Source: an uncultured virus (IMG/VR IMGVR_UViG_2061766007_000877) (taxonomy: Duplodnaviria > Heunggongvirae > Uroviricota > Caudoviricetes). Taken from it: 64,000 nucleotides of DNA. A program made the position numbers and the translations under genes. The stretch is from IMG/VR virus record IMGVR_UViG_2061766007_000877; one strand, 5' to 3'. The notes beneath the pieces were generated by a model. That model saw nothing but the letters and a program-made list of their open reading frames with translations. It searched no databases and was not told the DNA's origin. Shown piece by piece: positions 11,601 to 23,838 of this stretch (positions within the stretch are counted from its first letter, which is position 1; each line of letters starts with the position of its first letter).

Positions 11601-13359
11601 TGATGGCACATTCAATGTAGACAGCAAATATTTCTATGACGATGCAAAATTTAATCAGTTAGTAAATAGTGCTGTACCAGTTGCTGTTGCCGCAGCTGCN
11701 NNNNNNNNNNNNNNNNNNNNNNNNNNNNNNNNNNNNNNGTACAGGCATCTGCAACAGGAGGCACTACTGAAGCAAATAAACCAAAGCAGGCAAAACAGCC
11801 TGAATTGCCAAAGCGTCCTACAAAAATTACACTTGATTCAGTTTACGATTTACTACGTAACAACATACTTTCTGTATTAAACAAGATTGCAACATTATTA
11901 GACATGCCTAAATATGCACAAGGCACTGTAACTGATAAAGCAACCCGTGCTGTTATTGGTGAAGCTGGTAAGGAAGCTGTTTTACCATTAACAAAACCAT
12001 TACGAGTAAAAGAAATCATATCACAGTTAACTGAAAAGGAAAGGGCGTCAATTAAAGCCGCTATTGATTCAGGTGCAACTGCTGATCAGGTTGGTGAATA
12101 TACAAATGCTCTAAAACAGTTAAGTGAATGGAAAGGTGGTAGATTAAAACCAGCAGCATTCTTTGAATTGTTTGGCCCTATTGCTCGTGAAGACATGCGT
12201 GCAACTGGTATTCCAGCATCTGTTACATTAGCACAGGCTGCACTGGAATCAGGGTGGGGTAAAACAGCAAAGACAGAGTTTAGAAACTTATTTGGTATAA
12301 AAGGAACTGGTGACGCTGGTGCAGCATTAGTAACAACTCATGAAGACCGTGGTGCAAATGGTAGAGAAGTAAAGAAGGATTATTTCGCACAATATTCATC
12401 TTATTTAGAAAGTATAAAAGCACACTCACGATACTTGCTAGAAGCAAAGCGTAAGAGAAAAGGTCTTAACGGGTTAAGATATGGCGAAGCACTTACACAT
12501 ATATTTGAGCCTAACTTATTTGCATACTTATTACGAGAATGCGGATATGCCACAAGTTCAGGTTATGGCGGTAAGTTAGTAGGGTTAATGAAAGGACATA
12601 ACCTATACAAATGGGATGTTGGTCCTGGGGCAGTGTCATTTGCTGGTATAGGTAGTCCTCAGATTGATTTGCTTAAGCAAGCAAAAGAAAATTTAAAAGA
12701 CGCGTCTAGTGCAGAGGCAAGGATGCAGACATTGCTTTCTGAAGAACAGGAACGTCTTAGAATAAAAGCTGAGGCAGAAGGCAAAACATATAATGGTAAA
12801 ATGATGAATGTCTCTGCAGGCGGCNNNNNNNNNNNNNNNNNNNNNNNNNNNNNNNNNNNNNNNNNNNNAAGACAGCTTGATACACTTGATCGTATATTCG
12901 GTATTAAGAGCGATAGCATAGATGCTTATTCTGCAAACTGGTTGAAGCAACAGCTTAATCCTGATATGATGGAATCTGAACGTCAGGCAGCGATAGATAA
13001 GTCAGCAAAACAACTTGCAGAATTTACTACAAAGAAGGCAGAAGAAGAGTTCAAGAAAGAATACGATATTACAACAGACGATATAAAGCTTGCAAATGAT
13101 CCTGAAGGTGAGGCTTTACTACGTTCAAATTTCTACACTATGCAAAAAGATATACTTACAAAAGGTATGGGTGTAGTTGCACAAAACGTAGCTGTTGACA
13201 AGGCTGTAAGCACTAGTTCAAAAATAACAGAGATTCTTGAAGATAAGGTTAAAAGCAACGGCGATGTTTTGGCGGCTCTTNNNNNNNNNNNNNNNNNNNN
13301 NNNNNNNNNNNNNNATTCAGCCTGCCAGTTTGCCAGCGCGCACTAACTTTAATCGCTAA
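8668..13359 (+). CDS. Tail tape measure protein with C-terminal GH73 (FlgJ-like glucosaminidase) peptidoglycan hydrolase
   Basis: Ala/Gly/Lys-rich helical body with 11-aa LPxIITAIxxA repeats. YAQG...VIGEAGKEAVLPL tape measure motif. GH73 motifs SVTLAQAALESGWG, NLFGIKG, GYAT. Four ORFs joined across gaps; exact stop uncertain (13346 or 13359). Confidence 0.88.
10690..11290 (+). repeat. 33-bp (11-aa) tandem repeat array in the tape measure gene
   Basis: LPTVIKALIDA/LPELVTAITNE/LPTIITAICEA/IPDIITAVISK and further copies. Confidence 0.85.
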
Positions 13360-13370
13360 ATTACATTTTG

Positions 13371-13407
13371 AAGCAGGCTATTGTATATTACATATAATAG
13401 TCTGCTT
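13371..13407 (+). terminator. Hairpin with embedded TGTATAT motif
   Basis: AAGCAGGCTATT-GTATATTACATAT-AATAGTCTGCTT. Confidence 0.7.
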
Positions 13408-13432
13408 ATTTATATTTTATAGAAGGTACACT

Positions 13433-14771
13433 ATGCAGGAAGAGTATCGTGACTACAATAAAGTTGTAATAACATTATATTGTGGCGAAAAGTCATATAT
13501 AGTATCTGATGTAAACAAAAAAGGAATACCTGGGGATAATTGTCAGTGCCATTTACAGTCATTCTCAATGGATTTATCAGAAGTAGGTACAGGTAATGAT
13601 GCTGGTACTGGTTCAAAAGGCACGCTATCATTGATAGACTGTAACGATGCTGTTTTGAAATTTTTAATGGAAGGGTATCAAGATCACGGTGGTGATGGTA
13701 CATTTCCGAAAGTAATTATAGAAGTTGATTGCTTTACAGGACATAAAAANNNNNNNNNNNNNNNNCTGGAGTGTTACATTTGGCGGTACAGTACCTACAA
13801 TAGAGTTTCATTGGACTGTTTATCCATTAAATATAAGTGCAAGTAAACCTATTGAGCCAGTAAAGTTTACAGATGTAGGTAAATTGATTGAAGAAGTGCT
13901 GAATAGGTATGACGATGATAAGAAAATGGATTTTGTATTCTTAAATGGTGGTGAGACATATACAAACGGTCAGGTTTCAGAGCAGCTTGAATTTCCAGGT
14001 GGTTCACTAACACTTGATAGTAGTAAAATTATGAGTAATGATGGTAATGAAATATTATCATTTTATAAATATTTAACAAAGAATCTTCGTGTAAAAANNN
14101 NNNNNNNNNNNNNNCCTTATTTTATAGGTAACTTAATTGTAAAGAAAGATTTGTCGCTTGATAAAGGCACATTTTATACAGTGCCTGTTGGTTTTGACAA
14201 AGTGTTTGACACAGAAGACACTGAGGCAATGAAGCAGCTGTACTTCACTTTTAACAGTAATGCTAAAGCGTATGATAAGAACAGCAACGGTTGTTATGTA
14301 ATACCTGTAGATGGTTATAAATGTACACTAAATAATAAAGACGTCCATCTAAATCAAAGAATGGTAAACAGCATCAATGGTGCACTGATAAGTGGTAGTT
14401 CAGGTACTGGCACTGTTGTTGATTCAGCTACTGCAGAGACTAACGCTGCAGAGGTAGCAGATAGCAGGTCTGCTTTAGATTTTGAATTTACATGCTATAA
14501 TGTTGCATGCTTTGAATGTAATAATGCAAGTGCTCCTGTAAAGTTAGACGTATTTAATGAACATGGTGTAAAGAGAGATTATCTATGTGTTACAGATGCA
14601 TTGGTTAAAAGCGTTTCGTACTCTTTAGACGGTCCGGTTATAAAAGCTGTTGTAACATGCTCTACTAAAATTGGTGCTAGTAAGTTAGACGCAAATACAA
14701 CAGATAATAAAATGAAGCCAGAAGAAGACAACAAAGATGGCGATAATTCTGAACAGAATACAGAGGGATAA
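13433..14771 (+). CDS. Putative tail/baseplate hub protein
   Basis: Two ORFs joined across the gap. Lies directly after the tape measure gene. Beta-rich composition. Confidence 0.5.
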
Positions 14772-14774
14772 TAA

Positions 14775-15638
14775 ATGTTAGTTGATAAGTCTTTAATAGT
14801 ACAGCCTAATTCAATCTCTTGTTATATAGGCAGAATATGTGAGCTTGACGAGAACTTCGAAAAGAATGGCATTATGTGGGTTGACTTCTATGACTTGGAT
14901 GGCAGCGGTGAAAATCAAAAGAAGCATGATGAAGAAGGTACAGTTAGACAAAAAGTAATTGCTTCATGGACACTGCGTGCAGCTTACGCAGCATGGATAA
15001 ACCCACCTGTTTTGAAATATAAGGGCCGTCTTGTTCTGAACGGTGCAATGACTATTGACGAAATGGAATTCAAATGTGATAAGTGTGATATAAAAGGCAA
15101 AGGAAGAATCACGCTTAATAATGCTGATATGCAGGCTGTTAATTTGCAAGGCGGTGCACCTATGCCGCCTGTACAATTAACAGCAGGACCATTCCAAGGC
15201 ACGACGTTGCCAATCAATGTAATGATTTCTGGTGCAAAAGGTAATGCTGTTAAAGTTGAATCAGCAGGCCCAACTGGTGAAATAGAATTTAATACAAAAG
15301 ATGCTGAAATATCATTCAAAGCACCAGTTACATTTAAAGTTGAAGATAATAAGTTACACTTCCCAACACTACATACCGCAAAGTCAGGATTAAGCAACTA
15401 TGAAATTGAATTGAAGCTTGACAAGGCTTCTGTAATACCGTGGTGTACAGATGTTAGTGACATTAAAAATGAAGATAACACACCTGACGACGGAGATGAT
15501 GGAAGTGCTGATGATAAACAGTTAAAAGCAAGGGAGCGTGAGAACTTCATAAATGCAGGTGATAATGGAGACCTTGCTCTGTGTATGGCATTTGGTAATT
15601 CACTTAAAAATTTGTATTGCGTTGACTTATTTATATAA
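14775..15638 (+). CDS. Putative baseplate spike-related protein
   Basis: Synteny between hub and wedge genes. Beta-strand-rich middle region. Confidence 0.4.
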   Translation: MLVDKSLIVQPNSISCYIGRICELDENFEKNGIMWVDFYDLDGSGENQKKHDEEGTVRQKVIASWTLRAAYAAWINPPVLKYKGRLVLNGAMTIDEMEFKCDKCDIKGKGRITLNNADMQAVNLQGGAPMPPVQLTAGPFQGTTLPINVMISGAKGNAVKVESAGPTGEIEFNTKDAEISFKAPVTFKVEDNKLHFPTLHTAKSGLSNYEIELKLDKASVIPWCTDVSDIKNEDNTPDDGDDGSADDKQLKARERENFINAGDNGDLALCMAFGNSLKNLYCVDLFI

Positions 15639-15657
15639 CTAAACTGTCAATACAAGC

Positions 15658-15696
15658 AGACCGTTCTACAATCAATTATGTATTGTAGAACGGTTT
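15658..15696 (+). terminator. Hairpin terminator
   Basis: AGACCGTTCTACAAT...ATTGTAGAACGGTTT. Confidence 0.65.
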
Positions 15697-15710
15697 TGTC
15701 AGAGGTGCCT

Positions 15711-17465
15711 ATGAGAAAAATGTTAGATGATACACTATCACTATATGCAAATAATGTATATGTGTATCTATTTAAAAGACTTGTCTATGACGCCGCCCAT
15801 GAAGAACTACCAAAGAACGAGAATGGTGAACGTACAGCAATTCTTGACATGGATCTTTATAGCAAGGCTATAAACTTACCAGAGGCAGAAACTGTTACAT
15901 TTGAGAAAATATCAGAAAACTCTAACATTAAATATGGTAAGTTCTCTGGCGGCACTGTATATAAAACGTTTAATGGTGACATTGATGAAGAGAAAAAGAA
16001 TGTAGCAGAATGTGAGGGCTGGCTAATTCTTGATAACTCTTCAGAAGAATATGCACTATTTAACACAAATAATGATGAAACTTATATTATATCAAAGTCA
16101 TCATTTACTGCGAGAGAATTAGTAAAGGACTTCTCTCCATTATATGAAAAATTAAACAGCTTAGCAAAGAATGAGAATTCAAAGAACAAATATCTTGTTG
16201 AAAATGACACGGATTATGTTACATCACAGGCTGTAACTTTTAGAGATGGTCTTTCAAATGCTATTACAGATTATACAAAAGGAGAGTATAATATTGTAAC
16301 TAGTGCTTCGTCAGGCTCCACTGATTATCACGAACAGGACGGTTCAAGATATGATAAGGCAATGGCTGTTTTAGGCCACATAGATACGTGCGGTAAAGTA
16401 AAATTATACCAAGCATGGCTAATGTATATGGATGCTATGCTTTTATGGGAAGAGCTTGCAATCTTCGGTAAAAGTGCAGCCGACCGTCTTGAAATGCTAA
16501 ACAATGGCAATGCTGAAATACGCGGTGCCCATGGTGTATATCCTGCACAGTTAGATAGACTTAAGGGGAAAGAGGCATACAAAACAGCAATGAGTGAAGT
16601 TCAGGCTGTTATTTATGCTATCCCAGACGAAAACGCTAAAAAAGATCTTGCAAAAGAAACAGATTCAGTAATTGACCCATTGTTATGTTACCAAAATCCA
16701 GAATCACTATCTTATACTGCAGCTGCTCAGTATGAGCCAGTACAAACAAGAGGCACTCAAATGCCAGTGCAGTATTATAACATGGCTAATGCAATGGAGT
16801 TGTCATTTACATTAAAATGGCATATTGATGAAATTAGCACCTTTGTTGGCGATGGAGACAAGCCGTATTATGCAAATGGTCTTGCAAGCGTAGCTGAGAT
16901 TGCAGAAAGATTAACAAGGCCATGGGAAGTAAAAGGTGAAGGTGATGCTGTTGGGTCAAACAAGCGTAAGCTATGTCAAGTCATATTACCAAGTATTGTT
17001 GCACGTGGTTATATAACGCAAGCAAACATAACGTATTCTGGAGATATGACGGGTACCTCAGCTGGCATTATTAAATCAAAGGCTGAAGATGCTGGTCAGC
17101 ACGATGGTCTTGGTGGGTTGGTCGGTGCATTGACTATTGAGAATAATAAAAAATCTAGTTACAGCATTGGCAATGTAGATGATACTGGGTTTGGGTTTAC
17201 TACTTATGGGTATACACAGCTTGAAGTAACTTTTAATATGATTTTAGTAAAAGACGTTACTTTATTGCCTGTTAAAGGCGATGAAGGCACGGCCTATAAC
17301 ACAATGCCTACTGTAGGGCAGAACACATATATAAAAGATCAGAGCCCATTAGACGTTCTTGAAGAAATTGCAAGACTAGGCATAGAGACTGCAGGTGTGG
17401 CAGAAAATATTGCTGATGCTGCAACTAGAATGTACGATGCTGGTAAAGAGCTATTCTCTGTTTAA
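15711..17465 (+). CDS. Putative tail-tube initiator/baseplate protein
   Basis: C-terminal PESLSY...YEPVQTRGTQMPVQYY...LSFTL...RGYITQANITY pattern typical of tube-initiator domains. Precedes the LysM and gp25 genes. ATG 15711 after GAGG. Confidence 0.55.
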   Translation: MRKMLDDTLSLYANNVYVYLFKRLVYDAAHEELPKNENGERTAILDMDLYSKAINLPEAETVTFEKISENSNIKYGKFSGGTVYKTFNGDIDEEKKNVAECEGWLILDNSSEEYALFNTNNDETYIISKSSFTARELVKDFSPLYEKLNSLAKNENSKNKYLVENDTDYVTSQAVTFRDGLSNAITDYTKGEYNIVTSASSGSTDYHEQDGSRYDKAMAVLGHIDTCGKVKLYQAWLMYMDAMLLWEELAIFGKSAADRLEMLNNGNAEIRGAHGVYPAQLDRLKGKEAYKTAMSEVQAVIYAIPDENAKKDLAKETDSVIDPLLCYQNPESLSYTAAAQYEPVQTRGTQMPVQYYNMANAMELSFTLKWHIDEISTFVGDGDKPYYANGLASVAEIAERLTRPWEVKGEGDAVGSNKRKLCQVILPSIVARGYITQANITYSGDMTGTSAGIIKSKAEDAGQHDGLGGLVGALTIENNKKSSYSIGNVDDTGFGFTTYGYTQLEVTFNMILVKDVTLLPVKGDEGTAYNTMPTVGQNTYIKDQSPLDVLEEIARLGIETAGVAENIADAATRMYDAGKELFSV

Positions 17466-17479
17466 TAAGGAGTTAGCAC

Positions 17480-17734
17480 ATGCTTAATTATGACATCACA
17501 TCAAGATATTATAAATGTGATAACGTTGATGATATACCACAGTCAAACTTGTTAAAAGATAATTATGATTATAGTACGACAAGAATTCTTGCAGAAGAGG
17601 ATGGCCGTTTAGATTTAGTGTCTTACCGTGTATATAATACACCAGTGAAGTGGTGGATAATTGCAAGATTCAATTCTATTATAAACCCTGAAACAGCAAG
17701 AGCAGGTATGACTTTAAAAATACCTGCTCTATAA
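17480..17734 (+). CDS. LysM-like baseplate wedge protein (gp53/tail X-like)
   Basis: DGRLDLVSYRVYNTPVKWWIIARFNSIINP...GMTLKIP. Confidence 0.85.
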   Translation: MLNYDITSRYYKCDNVDDIPQSNLLKDNYDYSTTRILAEEDGRLDLVSYRVYNTPVKWWIIARFNSIINPETARAGMTLKIPAL

Positions 17735-17743
17735 GGTGGCGAT

Positions 17744-18094
17744 ATGAAAACATTTTCAGGTAAATTTTTAGGTAGAAATTTTGTATATTCATCTGATAAT
17801 GAGGCAATACGGATGCAACTAATATCTATTCTTAATACACCATTGGGCAGTAGGTTTTATTACCCTTCTTATGGTAGTACTTTGAATAATTTTAGATTTA
17901 GTGTTCTAAATTATTTCACCATCAACATGATTGGTCAAGAGATTAAGAGAGCCGTTAGTTTAATTGATGGTGTATCACTTGCAAGTATTGGCTACAGCGT
18001 GAAAGAAAACACTATATATTTTGACATCGCATTAAATAGAATGTCAGAAATTGTAAAATTAAAATTATCAGTTACAGACGGGGTCGCTTCTTAA
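17744..18094 (+). CDS. gp25/GPW-like baseplate protein
   Basis: ILNTPLGSRFYYPSYGSTL motif. Confidence 0.9.
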   Translation: MKTFSGKFLGRNFVYSSDNEAIRMQLISILNTPLGSRFYYPSYGSTLNNFRFSVLNYFTINMIGQEIKRAVSLIDGVSLASIGYSVKENTIYFDIALNRMSEIVKLKLSVTDGVAS

Positions 18095-18110
18095 CATAAA
18101 GAGGTTCTAA

Positions 18111-20204
18111 ATGACATCGAGATTTATAGGACGTGACTACAATACATTACGTCAAGAAATAATTGACTTTCTTAGAAAGCGTCTACCAAGTGAGTGGGAC
18201 TACACAAATTTAGCAGATCCTGTTGTTATATTTGCAGAGTCAATGGCACGGATGGGAGATCAGTTGCATTACACAATAGATGAGCTTCGTCGCGAATGTG
18301 ACATCTCAACTGCAAAGAGGGCATCGTCAGTATATTCTTATGCGATGAGAGAAGGGTATAAAATGATGTTGCCTAAGGGCTCAAACGGCACTATCTCTGT
18401 GAATACTACAAAAGAGCAGAGTGCAAGAATGAAGCTTACACTAAACAGATTTGACGAGATAAAAGTAGGTCAGACTGGTATTAGTTTGTATGTAGACACT
18501 ATATCTGATAATACACCAGATAGTAGTGGAAGCATATTGTACGAGGCTCCGAACAAAGAATATTTAGAATCAATAAAGAATAATCTATTTGACTATGCTA
18601 CATATACACAAGACATTTTTAATCGTACTGTTCGCATTGGTGTTGTTCTTGGTAAACTAGAAACTTTCAATTTTACTTACCACGATATAAATAGTGACTC
18701 GACAGTTACATTACCTACTCCATATATAGACAGGGATTTACTATCTCTTATAGTAACAGATTCTTCATCAGGGCATCAGAATGGCAAAGAGATGGAATAT
18801 ACTGAAGACATCATTGCTTCAGGATTTGTTGGTGATATTTATACACTTACACCAAAGTTCATCGGTGGAGCTATTACACTAAACATAGAATTTCCTACTG
18901 ATTATAAAACTATGTTTAGACCTGATGCGGTGTTCTCATTCAAGTATATAAAAATACAAAATGCAACTATAAATGACGATCAGAATACTCTTATAGATTT
19001 ATCTTCATATATAAGCCCTGTTAGTGATAGTGATAAAACAACAGATAATACAACGTATATAGAATCAAGCAATGGCACATCTGTTGGAAGTATTATTATA
19101 AATCTAAACGGTGGCATTAAAGGGTATAGAGAGTATGAAGACTACACTACAACACGAGAGAACTACAAGAATTTTGTTCAAAATTACTCTGCTTTGCTAA
19201 CAAAGAATGATTACGCTAATTATATGAAGATTGCGACAAACTCATACTGTTCAGTGTATGATCATTCAGATGGGTATAAAGATGGCGTATTACCATCTTC
19301 TGCAAAGTTAATTCCTCGTGTGGTGTACATAATAACTGATGCACCGTTTAAAGAGCGAGAGAGATTATGGAATGACTTGATTGAGCGTTCATCTCGTTCA
19401 GACGTTATTATGCTAATGCCATACGGCAAAGACCCATACACAATAATTGTTAAAGCTGAATGCTTCTTAATGGGTACATCAATATCTGAAATAGCAACAA
19501 AGATTAAATCAGAATTATTACAATATTATGATGGAAATCCTGGTGAAAAGATACCTGAAATTTCAAAGATAAACTACTTAGTCCATAAGGCGTCTGACAA
19601 AGTAGTTAGAATGGATAGTGTTATTGTTCGTGATTCAACTTACGGAGAAAAAGATGCAGATGGCAATTATATTATAAATCAAGACTTTGCCGATGCAAAT
19701 ACACTGTCAAATAATGACGTTGAAGATTTATTTAACGCTATTAAAAGTGGTGATACTTCAAAAGTTATAAACTACAATGTTTATAGACTTACTGGTCTTG
19801 ACAGCAATGGCCATGTTTATAACAAGTACCCTGTTGTAACATACAATGCATTTCCTGATTCTTTTCCAAGTATTTATCTTAATAATTCTGGTTATCCTAT
19901 AGAGAGTTATGATGTTCTTGTACAGCATGCTATCAATTATGATGCTTATGATAATGAGCAGTATGACAAAGACCCGCTGTTTAATGAAGAAAGGTCTATT
20001 ATAGATGTCGTTGATGAAAGTGCCTCTCAAGATACAGAAGAATCATTAAATGGTTGTACATTCTATACTGAATCATTTATTGTTGAGAACACAGAAAATG
20101 CAAGCTATTATGTAAAATCAATAAGTGATGAATATATAAAACATCATTATATGGTTCCAGTTCTTAACAGAGTCGTTGTTTTAATAAAAGCAATAGGTAA
20201 CTAA
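18111..20204 (+). CDS. Baseplate wedge protein (gp6/baseplate J-like)
   Basis: RDYNTLRQEIIDFL...WDYTNLADP...GDQLHYTID...TAKRASSV...GY and LLTKNDY motifs. Synteny after gp25. Confidence 0.85.
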   Translation: MTSRFIGRDYNTLRQEIIDFLRKRLPSEWDYTNLADPVVIFAESMARMGDQLHYTIDELRRECDISTAKRASSVYSYAMREGYKMMLPKGSNGTISVNTTKEQSARMKLTLNRFDEIKVGQTGISLYVDTISDNTPDSSGSILYEAPNKEYLESIKNNLFDYATYTQDIFNRTVRIGVVLGKLETFNFTYHDINSDSTVTLPTPYIDRDLLSLIVTDSSSGHQNGKEMEYTEDIIASGFVGDIYTLTPKFIGGAITLNIEFPTDYKTMFRPDAVFSFKYIKIQNATINDDQNTLIDLSSYISPVSDSDKTTDNTTYIESSNGTSVGSIIINLNGGIKGYREYEDYTTTRENYKNFVQNYSALLTKNDYANYMKIATNSYCSVYDHSDGYKDGVLPSSAKLIPRVVYIITDAPFKERERLWNDLIERSSRSDVIMLMPYGKDPYTIIVKAECFLMGTSISEIATKIKSELLQYYDGNPGEKIPEISKINYLVHKASDKVVRMDSVIVRDSTYGEKDADGNYIINQDFADANTLSNNDVEDLFNAIKSGDTSKVINYNVYRLTGLDSNGHVYNKYPVVTYNAFPDSFPSIYLNNSGYPIESYDVLVQHAINYDAYDNEQYDKDPLFNEERSIIDVVDESASQDTEESLNGCTFYTESFIVENTENASYYVKSISDEYIKHHYMVPVLNRVVVLIKAIGN

Positions 20205-20217
20205 TATATGTAAACAA

Positions 20218-20247
20218 AATCCCCTATATAACGTTATATAGGGGATT
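20218..20247. terminator. Perfect 30-bp palindrome (bidirectional terminator-like)
   Basis: AATCCCCTATATAAC|GTTATATAGGGGATT. Confidence 0.7.
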
Positions 20248-20359
20248 AGTTGTAAGATAAGAAATGTTACTTACTTTCATGGTTGCTGTGTATATCTAAT
20301 TTTGAGTTACACTATTCATCTAATATAGCAAGTCTATTTACAAGAGAGGCTTGATCGAA

Positions 20360-23300
20360 ATGAAAATATTGCCAGATTACCTAATAGAATACATGCCTGC
20401 ATTGGAGGAGGCCCTCGAAGAATTAAGAATGTCTTTAATAGATCATGCTTATGACTTATTAAAGTGTCTTGACATTGACGAGCTATCATCCGATGATATA
20501 AGACGTAAGTTAGAGGTATATAACATTAAATTTGAAAACATGTCTAGCGACTGGCTACCTAATGGTCGGTTTTATAGAATGTATCCATCTATTAAGCATC
20601 ATAGAACTAGATACGATACAATAAAATCAATTGTTGCATCAGGTGGTCAGTTTGAAGGAGTGTGGTCAGATTCATTTAGTAATAAAGCGCAGTTTAACTA
20701 TAGCTCAATTCAATTATTACGTCACTATAAACTAGGGTCAGATCAGGATGGCTATTTTTATATCAGTGGTGATACATCACGTAGTCTAGATGGCTCTATT
20801 GCAAGTTCGGCAATAGAGGCGTTATCATCTGATATTTTGCTTTCTCAAGCACTTCCTGCTGGGTATACATATATTTATGTTCCTTGGCCTCGTCCTCATT
20901 ACCCAAGTGACTCTGGTTACTTTTATAATGTACACATGTTGCAGTTTGATAGATTGCATTATTCTGAAGATTGCAATTATCCGTATAATGCACCTTATGA
21001 TACAAGCGTGCCAGCGTCAAACAGATATTACAGTAAGTTTACTGTAATGCAGCCACCTTATTGGTATGATTACCACTATATTGGTACAGACACACATCCA
21101 AATGTTACATCGTGGCCTATAAAAGAAGTTGGATACTACTGCAACGATAAAGGAACACGCATTGCAAGATTAGAAACTTTACTAAATGGCAATAGTGTTA
21201 TGATGTTACCAACGTATGATGGTGACATCACTTTATGGGAAACGCCTGTACATGCTTCAGATAGCAAAACAATAAACAACATTTATAAAAAAGCTGTTAA
21301 ATATGAGCTTGACGAATCATGTTCATATTTAGGTGATCCTGCGTCGAATTGGATTTCAAACTGCTACTTACATACAAGGTACAAGACATCTGAACCAAAC
21401 AGAAAACAGCAATTTACACCGTTTGAACGTATAGTGCTGTTTGATAATGTTACTTCAAAAGATGTATTGAAGAGTGTGCTTGAGAGTGTATTTTCAATGT
21501 CATCTATTGATGCTATAAAGTTGCTTGAGAAAGATGTAGTTTCTGTGCAGCTTAAAATTGAAGACTGTGACGATGAATACCTAAAGGCATTAAAAGATAG
21601 GCTAGACAGCACCGCAAATGTTTCAATATCTTCGCATAGTGAAGATGGCATTGACGAATTGGCATATAGTATAGCAGGCATATTAAATAATAGAGAATAT
21701 ACACCTACAATAAAAAGCGCTATATTAGCAGATGACTTACAGACAATACTAAATCTAGCAGGTGATTCTGTACATACATCTGACATTGTTGATTTTATAA
21801 AGAAGGTGCCAAAGTCACCAGTTGTTTTATATGACTTTGATAAGAGTGAAGGTTCTAGAGAGGCTATTGCTAGCTTGTTGTCTACATGTTACAATATAGA
21901 CATACAGACTGCTAAAGATAAGTTGATGCTTGATACTCCAATTGAGTTATATAGTTTTCAGCCATCACAGTCTGATTTTGAAAATGGGTGCAAAGACGCC
22001 TTCACAGTTATGGAAGGTTTGCGTCATCTAGGATGCACATGTACGTGCAGCGGGTATACCGGTGTGACACTTTCATACAGTAATTTCTCATATAGTATAG
22101 TTAAAAACTCAATAGATGAAAATTGCCTGATTGAACCTGATTTGAAATTCTCACCTAAGGCAGGTGCTTATAAATTCGATAGGCTTACTGCAGGTCTTAT
22201 ACATAAAGTTAATGAATCAATACATCATATTAAGACATACAAGCCTGTATGGGATGTANNNNNNNNNNNNNNNNNNNNNNNNTTGGCAACCTGCTGAATA
22301 TGAGGTAACTATAATAAATGCAACATCTGCACAAGCTGAAATTATAGCAAATAATATTTATACACTGATTGGTAAATCGCAAAGTGATACATCATCTATT
22401 GCTGAACAGATTTACGCAAAACAGCCGCTTCCAATAGTTGATAGTCGTGTTATTGATAAACTACTTTCTACTGTAATTGCATCAGACCCTGTGAATCATT
22501 CACTTAAGTATAACTGTATAATAAAGAATTTAATAATAGACGCAGTATACTTTGTTACAGACTATGACAGTAATAGAGAGCAGGATTTGATTGATGAGCT
22601 TAGCGTGATTTATGCTCATTTAACTAGCAGTGAAATTAGTTCAATGCTGCATAATGTAAGTATATCACCTATTATAGTTATGTCAAATGAAGACATTTCG
22701 CTTGAACAGGCAATTACAAACATTCTTAATGCAGGTGGTGTTGTAGAACCAAAATTAAAGAGCGTGTCAAATCGTTCTTTGTATTACTGGACAGAATTAA
22801 AGCAACAACGTAATGTTCCTGCTTTAACAGAGGGCATGATCGCAACAAATGAGCCTCCTGTTTCAAGTGAAACATTTACTTCATTTGATAAGCCAACGGT
22901 AGGAAGGCTTGACCCTATTTATACTGCATTTTTTAGAGCAAAGCCAGACGAGGAAGAGGTGAATCCTCCAAAACAGGATTCAAACTATACACTAAGTGAT
23001 ACGCTTGAAAGTAATAAAATATACTACTATAATAATACAGACAGCATTGAGTATGATCCAACATTGTATTATTCAATTATGAATGTATGCAAAGACGAAA
23101 GCGGTAATGAAACTGTATTCGAAGATAGTAGTATATATGTACAAGGTGACCCTGCTACAAAGCAGTTGTACATAAATAAAAATAATCAAGACGATGCTTC
23201 ATATAACTGTATAACTTATAAGACATCTAAAGTACATAAGATGTGGTTCAGTCGCGATAAGCTGAATCACAATGTAGTAAGTACATCAAACGGTAAGTTG

Positions 23301-23828
23301 TATAACGGTGTTGGGAAGACTGGTGACTTCTATCATTTTACAAACTACAATGTTGACCAATTAGATCATAATACAGTTTATATTAAATATAAAGTTATTG
23401 GTGTATATAAAGAAGACGGCACTAAAGTTGAAGGTGGTAACCCAACAATTATGTGTATTCTTCATGGCGTCACAGGGTCCGCTGATACATACGAGTACGT
23501 CGTTACTTATGGTAACGATCAAGATGTTTACGCATCTTATATTTTGTTTACTGTAGAAGTTGGTAAAGGTGAGGTTAAGAAATTACAGTCTGTCGAAATC
23601 ATCAATAATGCTGTTTATCACCAGGCAGTTTCAGTTGTTGAGGTTACAGATATTGGTGAGGCTGAATGGCACTATGCACCACCTTCTATTTCAGGTGGAG
23701 AGTATAGTTCAACAAACTTTAACACAGAACATTATATAAGCGGTGGTAGTTATAGTGATTCATCATTTGATGTAGAACATTATATAAATGGTAATCTTTA
23801 CAATTCTTCGGAGTTTGACGTAGAATAG
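20360..23828 (+). CDS. Large baseplate wedge/tail protein (gp7/protein I-like N-terminus)
   Basis: Follows baseplate J. N-terminal DID...PAG pattern. ORFs 20351 and 22164 joined across the gap. Three C-terminal 16-aa repeats. Confidence 0.55.
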
Positions 23829-23838
23829 GATAGTAAAT

